Shown here: positions 51,640-62,903 of the stretch, piece after piece
Numbering within the stretch: the stretch's first letter is position 1
Layout: every line of letters begins with the position of its first letter
Source: an uncultured candidate division Zixibacteria bacterium
GTDB taxonomy: Bacteria > Zixibacteria > MSB-5A5 > UBA10806
NCBI GenBank assembly: GCA_963801605.1
Contig: CAWDFP010000006.1
Location: 1,120,001-1,184,000, forward strand
DNA length: 64,000 nucleotides
Direction of reading: 5' to 3'
The notes under the pieces: generated by a model
The model's input: only the letters and a program-made list of their open reading frames with translations
What the model was told of the DNA's origin: nothing
Databases searched by the model: none
Program-made: the position numbers and the translations under genes

Positions 51640-53316
51640 ATGGACTTTACCCGCCCCGGAAAAACTATTCGAAATCTGAAGCGCTATAGAGAGATCACAG
51701 CAGTGTTGATCGAATATGGCTTTGGCGAGATTGTGGCCCGTTTAAATCTCTATACCGCTTATCGTATTGGACGGCGCGTTTTCCGTCGAATGCCTCCTCC
51801 GGAAATGTCATACGCCGTGAGAATCAGAAAAGCGCTCGAAGAGCTTGGGCCTACATTTATCAAACTTGGCCAGGTTCTTTCGATGAGGCCGTTTCTGATT
51901 CCATCCGAGTTGGTGATCGAACTTAGTAAACTCCAGGATAGGGCCGCTCCTCTGGCTCCTGAGGTGGCTATCGCGGCCATTGAAGCTAATCTGGGCAAAT
52001 CCGTATCTGAGGCCTTTTTACAGTTCGATCCTGTTCCGATCGCCTCGGCCTCTCTTTCACAAGTGCATTATGCCACCCTCCTTGATGGGACCGCAGTGGT
52101 AGTTAAAATCCAAAGGCCCGGCATTAAGAGAGTGATAGATTCCGATATGATAATCTTGCGGGATATAGCATCTCTGCTGGAGAGGCATGTTCCCGAAAGC
52201 CGTCAATATGAGCCGATTGGTTTGGTTGATGAGCTTGCCAAATCGACTCGAAGGGAAATCAATTTTCTATACGAGGGACGTAATATCGAAATATTCGCCC
52301 GTAATTTCAAAGACGATCCCCGCATATATATTCCCCGAGTTTTTTGGAATTATACTACCCGGTATATGCTAACTATGGACCGAATCGATGGCATTAAAAT
52401 AACCGATATTGAGGCTCTTCGTACTGCGGGAATCGATCCTTTAGCGGTTTGTCGAAGCGGCGGAGATATGGTTTTTAAAATGGTTTTCGATGATGGTTTC
52501 TTCCATGCCGATCCCCATCCCGGAAACCTATTTGTGACATCCAGCGGACGGATAGCCCCTGTGGATTATGGCATGGTGGGTATCATGTCAAACACCCAAA
52601 TGGAACAAACCGCCGAACTTCTGGGGGCTATTGTAAACAACGACCCCGCGTTGGTGGTTTATTCATTTAAAAAGGCAGGGGTTCTTCCGGAGGATATTAG
52701 CGAGGCGGTCCTGGAATCCGATGTCAGCGAACTTATAACCCGCTACTACAGGATTCCACTTGCTGAACTCGACATGGCCACAATTTCCGATGAGTTTTTC
52801 GAAATTGCACATCGACATAAAATAAAGGTGCAATCTGAATTTATGGTTTTCGGAAAAGCCTTGGTAACCTATGAGGAGGTGGCACGCCAACTCGATCCGA
52901 CCTACGATTTTATCGAAAGTGCCGCGCCTTTTGTGCAAAAGATGGCTCTTCGACGATATAGCGCTAAACGTTTAAAACGCGATGCCGTGATGGCTGTTTC
53001 GGAATTTCATGATCTAATTACAAAATTGCCGGAAGAACTTAGCGAATTCACCAATAAGCTTAATAAGGGCAAGATCAGAGTTGGGCTCAACGTGCATGGC
53101 CTGGAGCGCTTGATACTTGAACTTGATAAATCATCAAACAGGCTCTCTTTTGCCCTGATAATAGCCGCTATTATAGTGGGCTCGTCCATGATAATGACCA
53201 TAAATGTGGGTTTGAAAATTTACGGTGTCCCGGCCTTGGGGCTTCTGGGTTATCTCTTCGCAGGCATTCTGGGGGCGGGTCTTGCCATTTCCATTCTTCG
53301 ATCCGGCAAATTATAG
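51640..53316 (+). CDS. AarF/ABC1/UbiB family kinase
   Basis: LGPTFIKLGQ, ASASLSQVH, VVKIQRP, FFHADPHPGN, DYGMVG; C-terminal TM helices. Confidence 0.93.
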   Translation: MDFTRPGKTIRNLKRYREITAVLIEYGFGEIVARLNLYTAYRIGRRVFRRMPPPEMSYAVRIRKALEELGPTFIKLGQVLSMRPFLIPSELVIELSKLQDRAAPLAPEVAIAAIEANLGKSVSEAFLQFDPVPIASASLSQVHYATLLDGTAVVVKIQRPGIKRVIDSDMIILRDIASLLERHVPESRQYEPIGLVDELAKSTRREINFLYEGRNIEIFARNFKDDPRIYIPRVFWNYTTRYMLTMDRIDGIKITDIEALRTAGIDPLAVCRSGGDMVFKMVFDDGFFHADPHPGNLFVTSSGRIAPVDYGMVGIMSNTQMEQTAELLGAIVNNDPALVVYSFKKAGVLPEDISEAVLESDVSELITRYYRIPLAELDMATISDEFFEIAHRHKIKVQSEFMVFGKALVTYEEVARQLDPTYDFIESAAPFVQKMALRRYSAKRLKRDAVMAVSEFHDLITKLPEELSEFTNKLNKGKIRVGLNVHGLERLILELDKSSNRLSFALIIAAIIVGSSMIMTINVGLKIYGVPALGLLGYLFAGILGAGLAISILRSGKL

Positions 53317-53402
53317 ATAGCATTTAGTTTGGCGGAAACTCAATTAATCTTGACTGGTTATAATCAATACGTATATTTTGGCTGGATGAGGATTATTGAG
53401 AC

Positions 53403-54434
53403 ATGACATTTACGAATTTATCTGAACGCGAAAAGCAGATACTCAAGGCTCTTATCGATCATTATATCGCATCGGCTGAGCCGGTTGGGTCATCTGTTCT
53501 GGCCCAAAAATGCGGATTGAATTTATCATCGGCTACGATCCGGAATATTATCAAAGTTCTCGAGGAGCAGGAGCTGGTAAAACAGCCCCATACTTCAGCA
53601 GGGAGAATCCCGACCACGCTGGGATATCGCCTGTATGTCGATTTTCTGCTTCGTCCGGAGAAACTGACCAAAACCGATAAGGAAAAAATCCAGAACAATA
53701 TCAGTATGGAATTTGCGGGGATTGAACAGATTCTCGAACAAACCTCCCGGGTTCTCGGTAACGTCTCTCATCAGCTGGGTGTTACCATCTCACCGCGTTT
53801 CGAATCGGGGGTCCTGACCCGTTTGGAGCTTATACCGGTGGCTGATCGAAGAGTAATGGTGATCCTGGCCATGAAATCGGGGTTAGCCCGCACCATTCTA
53901 CTTGAGGTCGAAACGGAGCTTCGAGAAAAAGGCTTGATGGAAACATCAGCGATTCTGAATGAACGTCTCTGCGGTTTGACGATCGGCGAAATAAAGAACA
54001 CTATAAAGGAGCGGCTGGCCACGCCCACCAGCGGCGATCCGCACCTTATTAAAATGTTTATTGAATCTTCGGATGAGCTTCTCAAATTTAATGATGAGGT
54101 CGATGTTCATTTTGGCGGGACTCGCTATATATTAAGCCAGCCGGAGTTTCAGAATCCCGTTAAGATCAGGGAGTTATTCGATCTTATCGAGGAACGACAA
54201 GCTGTGTATAATCTGGTTTCCAGCGCCGGTGCTGACGGCACGGCTGTGGTCGTCGGCGTCAAGAGTGCCAGGGGCGCCTCGGCTGAGGAATTATCGCTGC
54301 TATCGGCCACTTATCAGGCCGGGCGATTCAAAGGAGTTTTAGGTATCATCGGGCCTACACGGATGCCCTATTCCAGATTGCTGGGAATCGTGGATTATAC
54401 AGCCAAGAGATTATCCGAAGTTTTATCAGAGTAG
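53403..54434 (+). CDS. hrcA: heat-inducible transcriptional repressor
   Basis: EPVGS, SSATIRN, QPHTSAGRIPT-LGYR-YVD, IIGPTRM-Y. Confidence 0.96.
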   Translation: MTFTNLSEREKQILKALIDHYIASAEPVGSSVLAQKCGLNLSSATIRNIIKVLEEQELVKQPHTSAGRIPTTLGYRLYVDFLLRPEKLTKTDKEKIQNNISMEFAGIEQILEQTSRVLGNVSHQLGVTISPRFESGVLTRLELIPVADRRVMVILAMKSGLARTILLEVETELREKGLMETSAILNERLCGLTIGEIKNTIKERLATPTSGDPHLIKMFIESSDELLKFNDEVDVHFGGTRYILSQPEFQNPVKIRELFDLIEERQAVYNLVSSAGADGTAVVVGVKSARGASAEELSLLSATYQAGRFKGVLGIIGPTRMPYSRLLGIVDYTAKRLSEVLSE

Positions 54435-54493
54435 TTGCTTGACAATTCAGACTCATTGTAGTAAAAACATAAAGTATTGTAATAGGTTTTAAG

Positions 54494-55009
54494 GTGGCAA
54501 AGAAATTACACCCCGCGGCCGAGTTAGCCGCTTACAAAACAGGTCAAGAGAAAACACCCCCCTGCGCGGAATTGGAAGATCGGTATCTGCGTTTGGCGGC
54601 GGAGTTTGATAATTATAAAAAAAGAACCGCCCGTCAATATGCCGAAATCGTTAAAAATGCCAATGAAGAGTTAATTCAGGATTTCCTTGGAGTTATCGAT
54701 GATTTCGACAGGGCATTACAAACCGCGGCTACGGCCGAAGGCCAAAATCAACAGGCTGGCAAAGACAACTTCATCGAGGGGATGAAGATGATCTATGACA
54801 AGCTAATGGCAGTTTTGAAAAGCCGGGGCGTGGTTCAGTTTGACGGTATGGGTCAGCCATTTGATCCGCAATACCACGATGCTGTCATGCAGCTCCCATC
54901 GGATGCCGATGAGGGGACAGTTATCGGAGTCATTTCGCCGGGCTATATGCTGAATGATAAAGTTATCCGACACGTTAAAGTCATCGTAGCATCTTCAAAA
55001 AAAGAATAA
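54494..55009 (+). CDS. grpE: nucleotide exchange factor GrpE
   Basis: RLAAEFDNYKKR, DDFDRA, FDPQYHDA, GY-L--KVIR. Confidence 0.95.
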   Translation: MAKKLHPAAELAAYKTGQEKTPPCAELEDRYLRLAAEFDNYKKRTARQYAEIVKNANEELIQDFLGVIDDFDRALQTAATAEGQNQQAGKDNFIEGMKMIYDKLMAVLKSRGVVQFDGMGQPFDPQYHDAVMQLPSDADEGTVIGVISPGYMLNDKVIRHVKVIVASSKKE

Positions 55010-55064
55010 AGAATCGTGATTTAATACAATTTAGGTTTTAACGAATCTGGAAAGGAATGCTTCC

Positions 55065-55913
55065 ATGACCAAGGTTATTGCGGTCGTCAATCAAAAAGGG
55101 GGGGTTGGAAAAACCACCACCTGCGTAAATTTGGGCGCGGCGTTAGCTCAAAAATCGTTCAAAGTACTTCTTATCGATCTCGATCCCATGGGAAGCCTCT
55201 CGAGCTGGCTGATCGAAGAGCCATCCGAAAATGGCACCGGTACGGGAGACCTCCTGAGGGGGACTATCGGTTTTCTCGAAGCTATTAAGAAATCTGATGA
55301 ATTATCTGTCGATTTCATTCCAGCCGGAAAACATCTCAACGACATTGTTCTCATGGAAAATATCGACCCCTTCATCCTTGGCGAACGCCTGGGAAGCTGG
55401 ATTGAAAAATATGATTTTGTTGTCATTGATTGCCCCCCATCGTCGAACGTGCTGATCGCCAATGCCCTGATGGCGGCAGATTCCATCGTGATCCCAATCC
55501 AAACCGAAACTCTGCCTCTTAAGGGAGGAATCAAGTTCCTGCAATGGTTAACGGAGTTTAAGAACGAATATAATGCCAATATCAATATCATGGGAATTTT
55601 GCCGTGTATGTTTGATTCGCGCACCAGGTTGTCGGCGCAGATTCTTGATGTCATGAAGCAAAGCGAAAACCTCGGGCCGCTGGTTTTCAATACTGTGATC
55701 AGAAAAAATATCCGTTTAGCCGAGGCTCCCGGTAATCGTCGCTCAATTTTCCGTGCAGCATCCAAGAGCAACGGCGCCAATGATTACACCAGCCTGGCGC
55801 TGGAGGTGATCGAAAGATCCGGCCTAAAAGTCCCGGAAACAGCGGTTGAAAATATCCCCCCATTCATCGAGGCGGTTCAGAGCCCGGCGGAAGCAGAAAA
55901 TATAGAAATGTAA
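55065..55913 (+). CDS. ParA/Soj family ATPase (orphan)
   Basis: NQKGGVGKTT, IDLDP, IDCPP, LAEAP; no parB adjacent. Confidence 0.92.
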   Translation: MTKVIAVVNQKGGVGKTTTCVNLGAALAQKSFKVLLIDLDPMGSLSSWLIEEPSENGTGTGDLLRGTIGFLEAIKKSDELSVDFIPAGKHLNDIVLMENIDPFILGERLGSWIEKYDFVVIDCPPSSNVLIANALMAADSIVIPIQTETLPLKGGIKFLQWLTEFKNEYNANINIMGILPCMFDSRTRLSAQILDVMKQSENLGPLVFNTVIRKNIRLAEAPGNRRSIFRAASKSNGANDYTSLALEVIERSGLKVPETAVENIPPFIEAVQSPAEAENIEM

Positions 55914-55986
55914 CCTTTAGCGCTGTTGTGGCTTACGGTAGCCGAAAGCCATGCCTAATAAGCGAATCGAGTCTTTGGTTGATCAA

Positions 55987-56208
55987 ATGAAGATTCAAAT
56001 AGAATACTGTGTACTCTGACACTATGATCCCCAGGCAGCCAGTTTGGCGAAGGCCATTGAAAACAAGTATGGTGTCAAACCGGAGCTTATAAAATCCGGA
56101 GGCGGCGCTTTCGAGGTAACTGTCGATGGCAATAAAATCTATTCAAAAAAAGAAACCGGGCGTTTCCCGGAAATTGAAGAGATTTTAAAGATCATAGGCC
56201 GGAAATAA
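55987..56208 (+). CDS. SelT/SelW/SelH (Rdx) family selenoprotein with CxxU motif (in-frame TGA 56017-56019)
   Basis: MKIQIEYCVL-U-HYDPQAASLA...SGGGAFEVTVDG...YSKKETGRFPE matches the Rdx family pattern; hairpin just 3' of the TGA; an in-frame ATG also lies at 55951. Confidence 0.88.
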
Positions 56209-56300
56209 GATTTATTGGAATAAGACGGTTTTAATCGGGGAAATTTTAGAATCTCCGCATGATATTGGCCCGTTCATCGAGATTCGCTGATAATCTTAGA

Positions 56301-57248
56301 TTATATCAGTTTTCTTCGCCTGAAATGCTCGATTGATTCTTTGATGCCCGCTTTGTATGGTGTCGGAGCATATCCAAATCTTTTTTCGAATTTAGTGGAA
56401 TTGAATATATAATCGAATTCGTTCTGATAGAGCATTTCATAAGATTCTTTAATTGTTGAATCAAACAGTCCGGCAGCCTTCAACATTAATTTATTAAGAG
56501 TTGCATATTCCGCTTTTTTGCCCAGGAATTCGGCAGTTATTTTAATAAATTCCTCGCCCGTTATCGGCGGGCTGGCAGTGGGAAGATGCCAGATTTGATT
56601 GGCTGCATCCTCAGTTGTCGCTAATAGATAAAGCGCTTTTCCGCAATCGCCGGTAAAGGTAAAGGTGTGCTTCGTTTTAGCATTAACCAGCCATTGAGCT
56701 TTTTTATCCTGCGCCAATCGTTGAATCACAAGAAAGAACGGTACGCTTGTTTTTTCGGTGTAAGGTCCATAGAAATCGGCCGATCTCGCAATAAGAGCTG
56801 TAATGTTTCCGGCCTTAACTTCGGACATTAGTTGAGTGGCTATTCTGGCTCGAATTTCGCCTTTTTTGCTGGAGGGGTTATAGGGAGTCTCCTCGGTCAT
56901 CGCTCCGTTTACTTTTCCGTACATATAAACGTTATCGAAAAAGATAAGCTTCGCGCTTTTCGCCTGGCAGGCCGAAATGACGTTGCTCATTATTTTAGGC
57001 CATTGGTCCTGCCAATCGGATAATTTGTACTGAAGTCCGGCCACCAAATAGACAATTGACGATTCCTCGACAACCAGGGTAACATCATCCAGTTTAGTTA
57101 AATCAGCCTGTTGTGATTCTGCCCCGGGCCTATTACGGCCGCTTCGACCGACGAGCTTTACATTTTCATTTCTCGCAACGAGTTCATCGGCCAGTACATT
57201 TCCTATCGCCCCGCCGGCTCCCAAAATAATATGTTTGGTTTTAGTCAT
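56301..57248 (-). CDS. NAD-dependent epimerase/dehydratase family protein
   Basis: LGAGGAIG Rossmann motif, FDNVYMYG, SKKG-IR, RSADFYGP; GGAG RBS before ATG 57248. Confidence 0.88.
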   Translation of the reverse strand: MTKTKHIILGAGGAIGNVLADELVARNENVKLVGRSGRNRPGAESQQADLTKLDDVTLVVEESSIVYLVAGLQYKLSDWQDQWPKIMSNVISACQAKSAKLIFFDNVYMYGKVNGAMTEETPYNPSSKKGEIRARIATQLMSEVKAGNITALIARSADFYGPYTEKTSVPFFLVIQRLAQDKKAQWLVNAKTKHTFTFTGDCGKALYLLATTEDAANQIWHLPTASPPITGEEFIKITAEFLGKKAEYATLNKLMLKAAGLFDSTIKESYEMLYQNEFDYIFNSTKFEKRFGYAPTPYKAGIKESIEHFRRRKLI

Positions 57249-57474
57249 GGCTAGTCTCCAGTTATGGTCGTAATTCGATGAATTGTCCGGCTTCAATATC
57301 ATGTGTAAGACGAGAAATATCAATTGTTAATTTTGATAACAAGTAAATACCCATAACTGTTTCAATAACACCGCTTGAATTTCCCTCTTCTATTTCTTAT
57401 TATTCGTTCCAATTAAGTTCTTAGGTATTGTTTAGGGCCATATTTCGGTCCCCTGATTAAAAAGGAGAGGATGA

Positions 57475-58275
57475 ATGCTAACGATGCTAAAATATGCCAT
57501 AAGCCTGCTAATCTGGGCGGCAATCGCGGCTTTGCTCCTGCTGCTTGGCAAAGTTCTTTATCTGGCATTTTGGGCAATTTTGGGTCTGGCTCTCCTTATT
57601 ATCTGGTTCGGGCACATGATCTATCATATCATCTGCTGGTTCAGCCCTCAGTTTAAGCCTATCAAACTTATCGTTCTTTTCATAGTTCTCATAGTTGTGG
57701 CAATTGTTTCTTATAAAGTATATTTACAGCCATCCTGGGATCGTTGGGGCTCAACCGATCAGGAGGTTGCCGCCAAATATAAAGCCGATGAATTTTGTCC
57801 GAATTCCGACTTGCGCGTTGTCCGCACTGTGGAGGTTAATGTTCCTCCCGAATATCTTTTCCGTTGGGTACGGCAGATGCCGGAGGCCGGTTCTTATAGT
57901 TGGGATCTGCTTGATTTCCGCGGGCGGCATAGCGTCCAGCGGTTGATCGAAGATATGCCTGATTTAAAAGAGGGAGACGCTTTTCTGATCGGCAAAGTAG
58001 TTGAGGTCAAGCGCAATAAAAGCATCACGTTCGATATTGGAAGCGATCCGAAGTTCCCCAAGCTTGGTATAAACTGCATGTATGGTGGTTATTATTTCAA
58101 CGATATGGGGCATGATAAAACCAGGGTTAGTATGGTGGTGCGAGCCGACTATGAGGGGATTTGGGGCTGGCTTTATTCTCAGGTAGTAATTGAGGTAGGC
58201 GACTTCTTTATGGCATCCAAACAGTTGTCGAATTTGAAGGGGCTTGCGGAAAAACATTTTAATGAAAAGTCATAA
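57475..58275 (+). CDS. membrane-anchored SRPBCC-like hypothetical protein
   Basis: Three N-terminal hydrophobic helices; WGST-QE, R-VEV--PPE-LF-WVRQM, G-YSWD pattern. Confidence 0.65.
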   Translation: MLTMLKYAISLLIWAAIAALLLLLGKVLYLAFWAILGLALLIIWFGHMIYHIICWFSPQFKPIKLIVLFIVLIVVAIVSYKVYLQPSWDRWGSTDQEVAAKYKADEFCPNSDLRVVRTVEVNVPPEYLFRWVRQMPEAGSYSWDLLDFRGRHSVQRLIEDMPDLKEGDAFLIGKVVEVKRNKSITFDIGSDPKFPKLGINCMYGGYYFNDMGHDKTRVSMVVRADYEGIWGWLYSQVVIEVGDFFMASKQLSNLKGLAEKHFNEKS

Positions 58276-58311
58276 ATTTTAGGGCTATACAGCTATAAAA
58301 ATAAGGAATTA

Positions 58312-58788
58312 TTGATGGATGGGAAAATTAATTGGAAGCCAATCTGGTGGACTTCTATAATCGTCGCTATTGCAACAATCGTCATAGGCCAGGTACTGCA
58401 ATTGATAGAGCCAAGGCTTGTTAACGAGTTCGCCCGCGCTCAATTGAAAGGCTACTTTACATCGGAGCAGTCGGTAAATTTTCCGCTGCTGTTTCTATTG
58501 GTTGAATTTATCATCACTTTTCTTATTGTTATGGTCTATCGGATGCTATTATCTCAGTTGCCATCAAATTGGATTTCACGCGGGCTTCTTGTCGGATTGG
58601 TTCTATTCGCGGTAAGTGATCTTCCATACTCGATTCTTATCGGTTATACTACCATCGCGCCGGCAGTGGTAGCATGGGGGATGTTGTTTACAGGTTTGAT
58701 CAATAAACTTATCAACGGGTGCATACTAACTTATTCATATCGAAAATTTTCCGCTGATACTCAAATTGGCGTAAAGTCGAAAGCCTGA
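58312..58788 (+). CDS. hypothetical integral membrane protein
   Basis: About four hydrophobic helices; AAGGA RBS. Confidence 0.7.
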   Translation: MMDGKINWKPIWWTSIIVAIATIVIGQVLQLIEPRLVNEFARAQLKGYFTSEQSVNFPLLFLLVEFIITFLIVMVYRMLLSQLPSNWISRGLLVGLVLFAVSDLPYSILIGYTTIAPAVVAWGMLFTGLINKLINGCILTYSYRKFSADTQIGVKSKA

Positions 58789-58843
58789 TGCCAACCAAGG
58801 GGCTTTGAACATAAATTGATCTATTTGGGAGGATAAAAATAAA

Positions 58844-60760
58844 ATGGCAAAGATAATTGGAATCGATCTGGGCACGACCAACTCTTGCGTGGCCGTTATG
58901 GAGGGTGGCGACCCTGTTGTTATCCCCAACCCTGAAGGAGGCCGTACTACACCATCGGTAGTGGGATTCACAAAGGACGGTCAGCGGCTGGTGGGGATGA
59001 TCGCCAAACGTCAGGCAATTACAAATCCTGAAAATACCGTTTTTTCAATCAAGCGTTTTATGGGACGGCGCCATTCCGAGGTGGCATCGGAGGAGAAAAT
59101 TGTACCCTACAAAGTGGTCGGCGCTCCCAATGATGATTGCCGGGTGGCAGTTTTGGGAGGGGAATATTCTCCGCCTGAAATTTCGGCCATGATCCTCCAA
59201 TATCTCAAAAAGACCGCTGAGGATTATCTGGGCGCCGAGGTCAAGCAGGCTGTTATCACTGTCCCGGCATATTTTAACGACTCTCAACGTCAAGCTACCA
59301 AGGATGCCGGTAGAATCGCAGGTCTCGATGTGCTTCGTATCATAAATGAACCAACGGCCGCATCGCTGGCTTATGGTATGGAAAAAAAGAAGGATCAGAA
59401 GGTGGCGGTATTCGATCTTGGCGGCGGGACATTCGATATCTCGATCTTAGAGCTTGGAGAAGGCGTATTCGAGGTGCGTTCAACCAACGGCGATACTCAT
59501 CTTGGCGGCGATGATTTCGATCAGCGCATCATAGATTGGATGGCTGACGAATTCAAGAAAAGCAATGGCATAGATTTAAGGCAGGATCGGATGGCTCTCC
59601 AGCGGCTCAAAGAAGCTGCCGAAAAGGCCAAGACCGAACTATCCAGTACCATGCAAGCCTCGCTTAATCTGCCTTTTATTACCGCCGATCAGAACGGCCC
59701 CAGGCATCTTGATCTGACATTAACACGCGCCAAGCTCGAGCAGCTCTGCGAGGATCTCATCGAGCGTACTGTCGGTCCCTGCCGTCAAGCGCTGGCGGAT
59801 GCCAAGCTGACGGCGTCGCAAATTGACGAGGTGATCTTAGTTGGCGGCATGACCCGTATGCCCAGAGTTCAGCAGGTAGCAAAAGAGCTATTCGGACGTG
59901 AGCCGCACAAAGGTGTCAATCCTGATGAGGTGGTGGCAATCGGAGCCGCGATTCAAGCAGGTGTTTTAGGCGGCGAGGTTAAAGATGTGCTCCTACTCGA
60001 TGTCACTCCGCTTTCGCTGGGAATCGAAACTCTGGGAGGCGTCTTCACACGTCTCATCGACCGCAATACCACGATTCCTACTCGCAAGTCGCAGGTTTTT
60101 TCAACAGCATCGGATAATCAACCGGCGGTTTCGATTCATGTTCTGCAGGGCGAACGCGACATGGCTCTTTACAATCGCACCCTGGGCAAGTTCGACCTGG
60201 TTGGCATTCCGCCGGCGCCCCGCGGCATTCCGCAAATTGAAGTCACTTTCGATATCGATGCCAATGGTATCGTAAGCGTCTCGGCCAAGGATTTGGGGAC
60301 AGGCAAGGAGCAATCGATCAAGATCGAGGCATCGTCGGGTTTATCCGATGCTGAAATTCAAAAGCTTGTCAAGGACGCCGAAGCTCATGCCTCCGAGGAT
60401 AAAAAGGCTCGTGATTTGGTGGAGGCGCGCAACAAAGCTGACGCGTCCGCCTACCAGGCCGAAAAAAGCCTCAAGGAATATGGTGATAAGATATCAGAGC
60501 CTGATCGCAACCGAATAAAAGAAGCGATCGAGAAAGTCAACAAGGCTAAAGAGCTTACTGATCCCGCTGAGATCGATAAGGCGGTTGAGGAGCTAATGCA
60601 GGCCTCGCACAAAATGGCCGAGGAAATGTACAAGCAGCAGGCTTCTCAGCAACAGGCAGGACAGCCAGGCGGCCCGCCTCCGGGACAAGAGCCTCCCGGC
60701 GGTAAAAAGCCCGATGACGGCGCCGTCGATGCCGATTTTGAAGTTGTTGACGATAAGTAG
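58844..60760 (+). CDS. dnaK: molecular chaperone DnaK
   Basis: [48 protein letters not shown]. Confidence 0.99.
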   Translation: MAKIIGIDLGTTNSCVAVMEGGDPVVIPNPEGGRTTPSVVGFTKDGQRLVGMIAKRQAITNPENTVFSIKRFMGRRHSEVASEEKIVPYKVVGAPNDDCRVAVLGGEYSPPEISAMILQYLKKTAEDYLGAEVKQAVITVPAYFNDSQRQATKDAGRIAGLDVLRIINEPTAASLAYGMEKKKDQKVAVFDLGGGTFDISILELGEGVFEVRSTNGDTHLGGDDFDQRIIDWMADEFKKSNGIDLRQDRMALQRLKEAAEKAKTELSSTMQASLNLPFITADQNGPRHLDLTLTRAKLEQLCEDLIERTVGPCRQALADAKLTASQIDEVILVGGMTRMPRVQQVAKELFGREPHKGVNPDEVVAIGAAIQAGVLGGEVKDVLLLDVTPLSLGIETLGGVFTRLIDRNTTIPTRKSQVFSTASDNQPAVSIHVLQGERDMALYNRTLGKFDLVGIPPAPRGIPQIEVTFDIDANGIVSVSAKDLGTGKEQSIKIEASSGLSDAEIQKLVKDAEAHASEDKKARDLVEARNKADASAYQAEKSLKEYGDKISEPDRNRIKEAIEKVNKAKELTDPAEIDKAVEELMQASHKMAEEMYKQQASQQQAGQPGGPPPGQEPPGGKKPDDGAVDADFEVVDDK

Positions 60761-60802
60761 TAAATATTTATGAGTATATCAAATCCCGATGGGATTTGCT
60801 TT

Positions 60803-60835
60803 GAATCAAGACCCCCCTCGGGTCTTGATTCTTTT
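60803..60835 (+). terminator. intrinsic terminator after dnaK
   Basis: GAATCAAGACCC...GGGTCTTGATTC-TTTT. Confidence 0.75.
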
Positions 60836-60926
60836 AGAGGGCTTAATATCCCATTAATTGACTTAAACTTCAGAATAGAATATATTTATAGTTCTGGACA
60901 GATTTAACAGTTCGGAACAGAGGAAC

Positions 60927-62081
60927 ATGGCAAAAAGAGATTATTACGAAATACTTGGCCTCGATCGCGGCGCAAATGAGGACGAGATAAAAAAAGCGTA
61001 TCGCAGGCTGGCGATCAAATATCATCCCGATAAAAATCCCGGTGATAAGGACGCGGAGGAGTCGTTCAAAGAAGCCACTGAGGCTTACGAAATCCTGAAA
61101 AGTCCGGAGAAACGTCAGATTTATGACCAGTATGGCCACGATGGGCTGCGTGGTGGAGGCGGTTTCAATGGATTCGGAGGGTTTGATATCAGCGATGCGC
61201 TTAGGGCTTTCATGCACGATTTTGGGGGATTTGGTATCGAAGACCTGTTCGGCATGGGAGGCGGTGGTGGCCAGAGACGAGGCCCCCAACGTGGGCGCGA
61301 CCTTCAAGTAACTCTCGATTTAACCTTGGAAGAGATTGCCAAAGGTGTCGAGAAAACTCTCAAGGTTAAACGTCAAATAGCCTGCGATAGCTGCGGCGGC
61401 AGCGGGGCCGAGCGCGGAAGCTCCAAACGGACTTGCCCCACCTGCGGCGGAAGCGGCCAGGTGCGCAGCGTCTCACGTTCGATATTCGGGCAGTTTGTCA
61501 ATATTCATCCCTGTTCCAAATGCGGAGGAGAGGGCCAGATAATCGACAAGAAATGCACCAAGTGTAGCGGTCATGGCCTTATCAGCGGTAGTTCTACGGT
61601 CAGTGTCAAGATTCCGGCGGGAGTGGCAGCAGGCAATTATCTTCAAGTAAAAGGCTCCGGTGATTTCGGCCCCAAAGGCGGGCCGCCCGGCGATGTGATA
61701 GTAGTTATCAACGAACTGGAACACGAGCATTTTACTCGTCACCGCGATGATATTATCTGCGAGATACCGCTTTCATTCTCACAGGCCGCCCTTGGCGCGG
61801 AGATCGAGGTTCCTACTCTCGACGGTATGACTTCGATAAAGATCCCTGCGGGCACACAATCGGGAAAGATATTTCAGCTTCGTGGTAAGGGTATCCCTCA
61901 TCTCAATAGTTTCGGGCGCGGCGATGAATTGGTGCGAGTGATAGTCTGGACCCCCGAAAAGCTATCCGATGATGAGCGCGAGATATTCCAAAAGCTGTCT
62001 AAAACGCGCGGCGATAAACCGCCCAAAACCGATAAATCGTTTTTCGAGAAGCTCCGGCAGACGCTGGGCGGGGTGAGGTAG
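60927..62081 (+). CDS. dnaJ: molecular chaperone DnaJ
   Basis: HPD J-domain, G/F region, four CxxCxGxG repeats. Confidence 0.98.
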   Translation: MAKRDYYEILGLDRGANEDEIKKAYRRLAIKYHPDKNPGDKDAEESFKEATEAYEILKSPEKRQIYDQYGHDGLRGGGGFNGFGGFDISDALRAFMHDFGGFGIEDLFGMGGGGGQRRGPQRGRDLQVTLDLTLEEIAKGVEKTLKVKRQIACDSCGGSGAERGSSKRTCPTCGGSGQVRSVSRSIFGQFVNIHPCSKCGGEGQIIDKKCTKCSGHGLISGSSTVSVKIPAGVAAGNYLQVKGSGDFGPKGGPPGDVIVVINELEHEHFTRHRDDIICEIPLSFSQAALGAEIEVPTLDGMTSIKIPAGTQSGKIFQLRGKGIPHLNSFGRGDELVRVIVWTPEKLSDDEREIFQKLSKTRGDKPPKTDKSFFEKLRQTLGGVR

Positions 62082-62149
62082 TTTCTCAGTTACGAGTTAT
62101 GAGTTGCAAATTAACCGGGTTGAGAAACTTTATTTCCTGGAGATAGCCC

Positions 62150-62903
62150 ATCGATAGTCACCGTCACAAATTTCATTGTTGAACCCAACCAGGTTACCGG
62201 AGAAAAGCTCACCCTAACCGGCGAGGAAGCCAAGCATCTCTCGCAGGTACTCCGTGCGAAAATCGGTGACGCCTTCTGGGCATTCGATGGTTCCGGCCTC
62301 AAATATCGAGCTGTTATAGAATCAATTAATAAAACCTCGATTACTGGAATTATCTCCAGCACCACCCGCCTTGAGAATGAACCATTCTTCAATGTCACTC
62401 TCGCCCAGGGTATCTGCCGTCCCAATAAGATGGATGAGATCGTCGAAAAGGGGACCGAAATCGGCGTCTCCGGATTCATTTTCTATTACTCCGATAAGGG
62501 ATACTCCAAACAAACCGAGGATTCACAACCCGCCAAAAAAATATCGCGTCTGATTCGGATTGCCCGCGCTGCCGCCAAGCAATCCAAAAGATCAATCATT
62601 CCATCGATAGGCGATTTAGTAACCTTTGGGAATCTACTTTGCCTTCGCAAAGATTACGACCTGGCCCTGGTGGCTCATCAGGATTCATCATCCAAATCAA
62701 TTGAACATTATCTCGAGGATACCAGCGCTATCCGAAAAATTCTGCTTCTTGTCGGCCCGGAAAGCGGCTTGTCCGAAAGCGAGATCGAGGCCTGTCTTCA
62801 TGCCGGTTTTATGCCAGTTAATCTTGGCCCCCGGCGCCTTCGCACCGAAACTGCCGCCATGATCTTTCCGGCCCTGATACTAAACCGTCTGGGAGACTTA
62901 TGA
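62150..62903 (+). CDS. rsmE: 16S rRNA m3U1498 methyltransferase; start codon disrupted or atypical
   Basis: Frame open from ~62154 (GEEAKHLSQVLR) through KGTEIG, AAKQS, VGPESG, LGPRRLRTETA; ATCG lies at RBS distance from GGAG. Confidence 0.88.
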
